From positions 1-64,000 of the forward strand of contig CBFFRP010000645.1 of NCBI GenBank assembly GCA_965644295.1: 64,000 nucleotides of DNA, read 5' to 3'. This DNA is from Paraphysomonas bandaiensis (taxonomy: Eukaryota > Protista > Chrysophyceae). Below are positions 62,401-64,000 of the stretch, piece after piece (the first letter of the stretch is position 1; each line of letters starts with the position of its first letter). Position numbers and translations under genes: made by a program. The notes beneath the pieces were generated by a model that made no database searches, had not been told where the DNA came from, and was given only the letters and a program-made list of their open reading frames with translations.

Positions 62401-64000
62401 CGACAAATTCCGATAGAGGATTCACACTGGACGTTTGAATGCGTGCAGGACCACTGATGGAAGGTGCATCGTTCACCCAATCAATTGACACGCGCAGTGT
62501 TGACTGAACTGCAGCATTGCTCTTATCAGACACATATACAGTGACTTCCTCTAATTCCACCACCTGCGCCCATTTGTTTCTTTGGCGTTCTTGATGAAGA
62601 TACAATTCAATAGCAGATTCCGCTACATATGGCATATCCCACACATCGGACCAAACACCATAAAAGTTAGTCCTCGATTGATAGGACAATGAGGGTAAAA
62701 AAGCAGCAAGTACGCCCGGGTCTCTTGAAGTCACAGATAAACATGATGCATTTGAAACAGTGATGTCGATTCCAAGCGGTATATCAGTTGGAAGTATAAT
62801 ATATCCATATTGGGCACTTAGGGTGACACTAAGAGCGCGCAATCTCTCACGGCTAGTCTCCGACAACATGAACTCCGGGAATGCACATAACCCACCTTCT
62901 ATGCAATAAAGATGAGACTCCGAAAAGTGCAGCATAGATATGTCTTTAGCCTCTTCAATGAAAAAAGATACTGTATCTGTAGTATACTCCACAGGCCCTA
63001 TACCACAAGGACCATCATCGCGAACTCGCATAGTTAATTCCACAGGTCCAGTGTAAAACTGAGACGAAACTACGCTAATGAGAAAATGCATATCTAGATC
63101 ACTATCTGATACACATCTCATCACAAACCCATCGCGATCCACAGACCGGCAAAGTGTAGAATTAACAATGACGAAATCAAAATTTGCATCAGTCTCTGTT
63201 ACGATGTCAATTATTTCGAATTCAAATGCTGTCGTTAGAGAGCAGGAACTCGTAGTTGTGTCCTCGCCATTAACAATTACTCTCATAAAACAGTCATTAT
63301 CCTCGACACAATAGCCATCACCATCATTTATGGATAACCTCAAGGTTGGGGGATCATTGACTTCGTGAAAAACAAAGGCAACCTGCGCTGAGTTCTGATT
63401 AGCGGTTGGGATCTCCGTCCCAACGGCGCTAATGATAGTGGCAGTGATATATGATACGCCACTAAAGTGCAATGATGGTTGAATAGTTATACCCGAGAAC
63501 GCTGTGACTAAGTCGAGAGATGTACCGGTCATATCCAATACCTCTTTCCCATTTTCTGATGTCGCCAATCTAATTCTCACACTATCAGGATTGGGTATAT
63601 TGGAGGTATTAAGCATTACCATATCATTCGTTTCTGAAGACAATACTCGAACAGTGACAAGAGAATTTACCCCCCAAGGCAGGTTTTTGAACTCAACAGA
63701 AGGCAGAGAAACAGATGCACCCTCCAGGGTAGTTATTACACGTTCTTCAAAAGCGAGATGCGGACTCAATTTAGTATCACTTGTCACAGAAATAGGAAAT
63801 ACACGATAATCGCTTGTATTATAAGTGTCATGTACAGTAGAAACCAAATAGTCTTCTCCAGTCCAGCTCAATGAACCAGCAATATAATCAGAAGTCGGTG
63901 CAGTGTACAAAGACCTCAAAAAGGCATGGTTAACTGCAGCAACGGTGCCCTTGAACTTCAGTCGCTTGGGTGCCAGCTCAATTATATCGCTGGTGCTGAT
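41405..64000 (-). CDS. Giant (>7,530 aa, 5'-incomplete) intronless mosaic surface-type protein: cadherin-like repeats, EVQ..W.V.F repeats, FN2 domain, ELWxxDGT repeats, REC domain
   Basis: The frame is open from the window edge (ISTSDIIELAPKRLKFKG...) to the stop at 41405. There are about 25 units with xNDxP ... D.D ... G.l..iN.aL..l.Y.P..nf.G.D.i.i.v.D.G, plus other modules described in the findings. Confidence 0.95.
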   Translation of the reverse strand: MSTSDIIELAPKRLKFKGTVAAVNHAFLRSLYTAPTSDYIAGSLSWTGEDYLVSTVHDTYNTSDYRVFPISVTSDTKLSPHLAFEERVITTLEGASVSLPSVEFKNLPWGVNSLVTVRVLSSETNDMVMLNTSNIPNPDSVRIRLATSENGKEVLDMTGTSLDLVTAFSGITIQPSLHFSGVSYITATIISAVGTEIPTANQNSAQVAFVFHEVNDPPTLRLSINDGDGYCVEDNDCFMRVIVNGEDTTTSSCSLTTAFEFEIIDIVTETDANFDFVIVNSTLCRSVDRDGFVMRCVSDSDLDMHFLISVVSSQFYTGPVELTMRVRDDGPCGIGPVEYTTDTVSFFIEEAKDISMLHFSESHLYCIEGGLCAFPEFMLSETSRERLRALSVTLSAQYGYIILPTDIPLGIDITVSNASCLSVTSRDPGVLAAFLPSLSYQSRTNFYGVWSDVWDMPYVAESAIELYLHQERQRNKWAQVVELEEVTVYVSDKSNAAVQSTLRVSIDWVNDAPSISGPARIQTSSVNPLSEFVVSDTDFSLSMLDIGYLDLWIDSASGINVDISSAGLARSGCQRLVVDTPHRLSIRGTPKALTKALRSAKIYSNDVNGDSDVLTIYVSDNGFYGKCLDNISYPCVKTYTYSVKVDIDTHSGNALVWEHTSDHTGPLVVSEHSALAVGGVTILSEQAEDSNTVLPNVSAVIASGEYGNFAFLKDTHAFEYPLRKDVEVRFHGGKSKREVADTIGIRVEIPWRYETQALELHSTNGQIPMNDIDVVVFFDGYNITDASAFVLYGNRQFEASALSLKGALEGLKNIGKVQVSFQLRNETSPSSLYGYLFVTFLTNAARDVLPLLRFQVHSAVASNSSAIIPSIAVYRTEKGSLQAEEQLISLRSRNNDTLHGDFVLSFGRGRSHGLQPLRSHVIRFNSSASADDTTVQLQNAVDLMDVLGLTSIENVVNGELDDSLIYSWSWKLTFLTLGGTIDNVDVVWSEGSTNVDILEEEYCSLCLPFENDDSISFDVEEIVRGTEPLGGYIKISFQYPDGVTASTQEISVRATADEVDFRLSRLPGIRSTKTIPRGCDNPEGNCLWSVSVVKSHEVVELPRMSVDTAGVLGYPSPRVYLTHTRGDVGDKISGKFRLRIDSPNYSRTTSWMSVGNGDHTESATSATVTKALEDIICIAESCAFQVSTTKTSEVGPVPLTSYTITVSVSSGLSHLLDSHEYLTIHVPDITIEDADLVGLGSESVDVRRIAPGDAQSSDRYLLSINTPRWSQVNETQTLHCSSESLFDSFVVSDMVPDAEFFSVSFRGEKAVRYIWIYDNILPDSLPLCDNNDVVSGEPCSGDGSTLFETLLSLSTVAGVSLTSNSTSGRICPESGNPEEVFSTTITFISESEKDFDSNFYVVSGSTGNVPPILIQNMTLSPWTHLDVVETTRGSSASINEVQVFSVTAVYNTSTEVWSTSKSYDASTGSFPLSLYEASTMVSAHASDDEFAAAVSYVAGVCCVDVARSEYSSEVGSLGKHVYSWTVTFPSSMGSVPLLMPDEECGLRDNTDVALKPDVWEGRICLSQFSENFVFSARRLVAGMSPLSGSVEIIATKPVVDFKVQLNSPSLQSELESKLRLVEGLEQTTVTDITLNSNGNVDSLLLLIDFGSSLVENLHIGSGSDVSLTSEKCLLSPTNTALPGAALDGDTSTRCYFPFVHGGDAYSSCIHMTGQRNDRLYCSQTYNMDVDNLWGICVDCDMEWDKSIEPISLSPLRSSYRLNGDKESISSLLSSIVYFPSNGLTLPARHFVTHGKWDRAVIEDHLKLAAMSGMGALASIPIEKTLNISISVVDDSPTVLFPTRGIVLFEDTMTNLPGISVLDSDHLTAAAQMQAQVAMSLMVGHGELFLSNHEGITFSDFDIKGNLTFMGSLYHVNKALASLQYIPDEEWNSVVETDGRNKIYVLSIFSLRHHEEVQKITTVSTTLGSVDHNSSAFRLSLDCSYFIQSNTSVGNAYAQTELLSTNVSADSLELAIQALVDHCFDMAFESTVGTNSSRSDNFKPIVVVSRSPYEDSYGKETYSWEVRFLNIPPKHGVNFPLLSAKNNSVVLSSNNRRGDLRGDIRVELVRTKGDFLSGEYNLICNGARTRSIQVGAKPEVIEVALEELEGINDVTVFTFANESDDGYKVGYEYIIEFTSLANWEPNQFNISRVGDVSGSVAFGPNIDLSIDYNPLLFSGQGNLKVIQENWVESDSLRIVALDMGAFVGNDTVGIGNMEAIHEIVATVPVYVLPTVDLPKLRVVNFDSEVDEDSVARLQLSLEFDHVVKDANIVAIDIAGVQDCSIEFTHSFVGAVEFARHEGVYSLSGPIVDIAELLQLIVIKPFPNYYGIIDLQFFAYMGRFVPDESKSHPTSCSVSVLPVEDPITVDVFLARAIAPARVAVPLVLAGVANPDDLTGSEMLSVNISTEKGGVISLPSYQFDATSNDFVEVGWYKLQNKPNSHSIVGPQHTINRILGNVRFEGTSDDVLHLSVSRWEPFGVAEIVSRMVPIRVVSDSGSVGGMSIVVPNITVHMKEDSMLRNLNISVLCDSADTVDVLISCEQGQLLLPMTVEMLRGVDIFSHGSLLHIRASSVDDINEAIAEIVYTPPGDFVGSVLFSVSTLKDSTSNVPSALSKEFLVFVDSVDDAPVISVNYSSPYVLGQVITSRAPMYLRAFTVTDIDDYYPLLIEVWCNEGKLALSDAFVQNLKSYKPYNAIKSTSSREISFFISKEEVATVLSYLQYQPAVMPLHTDTVTILVTSLTHTVLGRPGNIEPSLPFNRAESVSASFSIVVDIPMKVAVACPTVAKVAVNSSFYIGDACSIQSVVGSCVNPNACRAALIVSASEGQLSIDSYRSSDGIFEVVSTSLKHVSLTIDVARIRSLLDDILYTPYAENSASDFVSLQLDIEDDKQLVASTRASFEIDILPVFEMPLIIIDTVARNISAGDVVDLSFVSIQSHVSVPGSRWMPIFYLRIQSQLSHSSVVASIPQYQKSFSDLDVMDDGTLSSAVLLRGTPDVLTSYLSQGNVQYFSGSRESIEYNMTDLVSIELFISDNAHVATHGLDDKGTTTAVVEFNVCSVAVAPYLTVPRHAVVGEEDNPVRFTGTESILLTSGHESSSVVCTIEFYSSYGHFSFINGYEGDWEGSEVSYISKSHGDMALRVYSSVSKLSEILPTLVFTARENSHGEMTALIYFQCDTKEVYELSLFLLPINDEPVVSMLDQYEMLTKIKRNEEMSLADLELYILDVDVFDGKNENTGTIHVDISVPDCGVLRVDTHIASVCNIEFIDYFTGIISAETCNDASSRRESIVNWFDRRYDTDDMFEPLTYSSLTIVGHIDAVNCYISAISYSIPDGMHENSDYTVNIAVNDRGNFGIDGPKQSSKTISFEVLDEREPPILILKDIRVAEDSLLSAANIVDDLVYSHPFSGEELYHGSFHVDIVGITENYNDLVDISLPQVHENVSDTIFTAEDARSNEVHFTTQIKSLLTACRMYAFAFPKNFHGNVRVTLSVYDDRTKSLNSTAVSMVSVVPENDPPVISYTELRVDEDAAIPLPFSVSDPDVLFLRDSNSPLYSKRRSSQLVTSARVHVQCTHCFFKKNSTMPNDITFNRALSFQGRIDDINSALREVYVQSERNFNGNAYMDIFVDDLGNYGKDRVHMTAHDNVTLTILPVNDAPDIELWGLINVSEYTAVPVVSDSFRNKSIVYDVDMTDGEVYHMSIAVGHGNVSFSDVSMAQFKVFEVVSRDSFWVECRGDLSSVNALLLSAEYVSESYTYGSDIINITITDSKGATSSVILPVQVITSRSSPTVSISSSDVHLTVDEDDVFDFPQLTVTNPNGLDRTTQSSLQLEAVVTAAHGGTIETQEVMTVAYHVDEIQSIQTYLLNSYPVSHFWNATFRLSLNVVEGAKCGAPRPVYEDGSAPASVQLITDDIHINAVAMRSSERSEYGDGRGIGHSIQAKIEKMLEGCGGGKVSVERDDTDRGDGACRTGCKWQVTFHEVSFDFSLMTVYGNSIVETSGGVIERVEVVRSRPGNSLGGYFRLGFGMDVSSPIAFNATADMMASILMDMESIDAVSVTRSNVGQESNYTWTIAYFAVSGMSGGAELPLIQPITTNLTGDWTVESGDIGLVHYPADVLVSRVTPGFGSPRVLAVSTESNHHEEVIEIRYDFVSANHSQARSTIVSSDYPAFYLTVSHPVNISAYEVIGPIYVATVSMKEQEVKGPYEPYAQAAGTKEGESLESLLSSVSFFSSFVDSITVSKYVAGIGDAAEESPYVSWTVIYHGANYLNVRVAHFPTESHNDQSVSVRTVRPSNFVGGSFRLSYGGDLTVPLPYDISAVELRDALMSLDSMTDPLLGTGRLFVGRTGPNKERGYTWYISMLMDSALPYALSPSLLAVEGNRLTGVGSVTRVREVRNGVHNYGFRIHSGYQGVVNTAGGSLLDWHTTVMIAGSPADIATAVSGLQYQPENNWNGNVTVIIRLSNRNNRALDTFSAVSDTMFTFMVTVSPVNDPPEILWRETPLRDGHTLVIYEDTDVRLGGEFILFGGGTESDMTAMSTEGMIIVGSMGGIDPHRKVVQHGIQIKDIDSGEGQLTVLITCDRGTVSVQRESPNIGSAASVTISRGQPIPTDQDNGSLAVDGGALIVAGDLLEVNLLLSTLKYMPATNANGYDYIRISAWDGHVSAIDNETSAAVNKKLLVHILPLNDPPVIHLQSAALGVLYDNETSWDVGVAYLREDETYSLGHDFAIDDPDIDIYNVENEVMLTASWAKYGSWLSDDYTNRNSIVGNMFNATLSVQYGTLEVSDLGSISIISNTPVFYEGEMVGFREICLHGRYHQLISVLRTLTYTSDMNWFGNDVFEITINDLGNIGFGGPRHLTRKIVLEVDAVNDRPHIALPSFSALLTMEDSTGIIGSVSEDVVREVSTAVGVRSEEVVNMSALSFRIHDPDIALVTQRDRYILRNTENIGRNPLNNDPIYNTTYADKGSIDFLKYASNLVSPNGSIIDSTVVVTLNTSHGKLSLYRVPDTISFDYGSGLHDDYIVMRGPLGDVNVALQHMLYIPDLNWNSGTGNRDAAVRGITTLDMIKITATDAGFLSDESYVDIIVEPANDPPVVGIDNLAIHDFLMAEYDQLSRSVIDVTPLLCVEDSRCAISRIHVRDVDAMEANNGEMKLSLYAMNGTFGVDYSASSVPFTIVEHSNHNLFSILELTFSVDYTSVALDGLYYLPNAEYFGSDEIVITINDLGNTGLGPLCDYARESKYSSSCELTDRIVLPVNVRGKPDTPTIVTPDDIFAVYEDEAVFISGIHVSDGDDPEGSRGWHLPNTLPRTHSSGQKLIEITVSSPHGVISFEEVPLSLEFLIGKGIASSYIKFKGKLNDINSALGGIIFSPSRNFNSKDSGSLARINIVAVDVLHMNDFGDEAMSNAEILVRVNPTNDYACVHLPGMELLEPLITSSENMPWDVIHVPTVYIDEDTSYELGEIYISDIDEYGDDFGLVKRHAWEVTITSYHGSISTANYTVARLINAYTDGRTVSLIGFQIETLNSMIDQLMYTPDKNFFGDDSISVKVCENTQNLESFCDTKLLPMEIRSINDAPVWTSLQASLSTGEDESLLVGSHISLDDVDSYDHDIFMRISVDYGWVTFPTLPSNVTLLVGSGEMDKETHLKGPVEQLNIAVSHLIYYPLPHWNYAKLGLLDSLHFFVDDLGHSDFLTDLSNNSIYEGVEKISLTDSVDMFITVSEGPNNVPYIVVPGAVTKESPCESGIGRVSITKMTQLPPKENTCRVIESIRTIDLLEDVVSNISGISVHDDDIDAYNSGAVFLLVISVQHGTVFLPTAPANGLVVLVSTQNKGNISVYGTLEELNTCLSSLEYKPYTDYYGPDYLSVYVNDRGNYGVGGAKWSNETIPLRVLPVDDAPVLYAPTQLQHVMEDSRIVIPDIRVSDADYTEVIDGPPTYKRHDPFDETVSWNESVYREQESGMLRMYLSTNYGAVMPISLSGLSVINTPNTTEERSRLSQLPISGTLAERKRYTGVNSKDTTEDNPRHSVADTYIWWKSVTFEGRLHDINKAVDSLIYQPDINWNSALNDEFDILNITVEDLGNASNIVSVTKLVRIHVQAVQDNPVLHVPGEIYDSHRMSADMLSALVVDTNALYMDEDSDLLVIRGSSVRAIDEVANDGVIRLNIRAAFGSVHMVGLQEHSAASGSGVSSGFEGLILDNNEPDDITIRAPLSVVNVALSAIGFQPSENYFGRSAGLYITVSNSDIVDEEQTGDVRYIRVIVNPKNDPPIITTGDDSTAVSIFTVFEGDFIRINGVSNLNIDNSLVGSSYDSRLSSGFEVWKFQEPHKPFDREDWGVGKLEWSTALASDIYPGERSSYPKYFVEYNGFLYFQANDGIRGRELWRQDSSMSSSDSVSSGDSSTKLPNVASLFMDINPGVRESVPSFLTTHNGVLYFGADGVDIQWMQNADTFDECEGFRQSTFNHAVYYAVSNTSVWNPDRVYDCPVGYHWASTDEAQKIFTSYYDHDHEHMWHSYGYSERGERQGIQEFRDHGEFEKATAVGHEYESSVYVNKCGWEGYMWGGVRRTHFLFSDSRETLAYKHAGRGDSIRPDVEPSLEVLREVDFAGIVCVAGGTPNSLLAACSGQECRQYTGNELWRTDGTVEGTYRLDDVYRGTAGSYPKYLTSFDQYLYFSANSRDTGRELWRTKGESIGQAELVSLVADGMYEGSTGSDPKYMTVAGHLMFFSATHPESGRELWFMHRPGEGGGRRSNGGRVVPLGWVDIALGGKSSSPYGFEASRNVDNDPILPVYFAATTASSGYELWQSDGTTSGTTMVKDINPGISGSNPKYLTWFRGKLYFQADDGSTGRELWASDGSPSGTQQVRDIRKGRPSSVPSHMTTVPLIHPTSMGHDESEYLFFTATDGLYVEGVDSEEGFGGSQLWRTDGTYEGTQRVFQRTSNDLYFDHESLDAAFPSRMGVLGSELFVAASRGGEHSQTALSRGGFRSQSEEAIRGIDQAAVVTDIDGRPGDEITLTLEVDKGYLVLPAVPKVLAPVYMDSADVDEGTGILHILVVDSELSNRILLTSVLIGLGHSVVHSSNGLEAYNEITSSASDPFDLVIMDMEVSEGWDGLQAVRMIRHWERETSRPDHLVIVGTAPSLSFVLERNYALSAGFDEFMMRPFKDYVEGEPERVDFVETLAGDSTRWTTKSIDTVQEEDEREEYEAFVERILKYLRQSKSMQEIVSLYAEPLQATAKTPLPSEEVLATIPGPLISSRFVLSGTLGNINIMLRTLYYFPPNGTLTVGDAILTITAEDTLPECTSFESISDPTLSMRDAPTSANASSDLCNIRDASGSSTASIRIVVTGKNQAPEISITREGLVTARLDAVLSIDFVALSDPDFDDVSQLTDSFGFEQLPPVTAKVSAGVGYVYFEQTDDVSLLVSSTDMIVDSKRVLEIYGPIDKINTALASLKYICSGESGCIPGLLDSIKIEVDDGGYIGQGGPLQSTSEIEISVV
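42410..42751 (-). other. Response-regulator receiver (REC) domain within the giant protein
   Basis: LHILVVDSE...NGLEAY...PFDLVIMDME...DGLQAVRMIR.WE...IVGT...ALSAGFDEFMMRPF. Confidence 0.88.
42985..44955 (-). other. ELWxxDGT-repeat beta-propeller region (~8 repeats) with a Cys-rich insert
   Basis: GFEVWKF, GRELWRQD, GNELWRTDGT, GRELWRTKG, GRELWFM, GYELWQSDGT, GRELWASDGS and GSQLWRTDGT, most paired with DI.PG..SS.P..L..F.G.LYF.A. Confidence 0.92.
58793..58921 (-). other. Fibronectin type II (FN2) domain within the giant protein
   Basis: CYFPFVHGGDAYSSCIHMTGQRNDRLYCSQTYNMDVDNLWGIC matches the FN2 consensus C.FPF.Y.G..Y..C.......WC..T.NYD.D..WG.C with all four Cys. Confidence 0.88.

Noticed and set aside
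41433-63809. Numerous short plus-strand and off-frame ORFs over the giant gene
   Set aside because: Antisense or off-frame shadows of a long coding sequence, with no independent motifs.

Overview
This is eukaryotic genomic DNA with short GT-AG introns, AT-rich intergenic spacers and abundant CA/TACA microsatellites. The gene style suggests a stramenopile (chrysophyte/ochrophyte-like), but that is inference. The left 41 kb holds ordinary genes: FAM32A-like, a membrane hybrid histidine kinase, FANCD2, an isochorismatase-family hydrolase, KDSR, two head-to-head Cys-rich AIM24 paralogs, a small RRM-like gene, an amino-acid permease, a MAPEG/MGST gene, a PAAT/C10orf88-like gene, and an orphan whose probable intron is a 5-kb minisatellite. 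Between them are mobile-element relics: a hAT-type non-autonomous element with an 8-bp TSD, a decayed Copia RT/RNase H, a family of ~150-bp structured dispersed repeats and a hairpin element. The right 22.6 kb is one uninterrupted minus-strand ORF (>7,530 aa, running off the window). It encodes a giant surface-type protein: about 25 cadherin-like repeats whose loops carry inserted modules, namely three clusters of a second repeat, a fibronectin type II domain, an ELWxxDGT propeller with a Cys-rich insert and, unexpectedly, a two-component receiver (REC) domain with no membrane segment separating it from the rest. That mosaic protein is the best candidate for an undescribed system. Exon boundaries and domain calls were made by eye.
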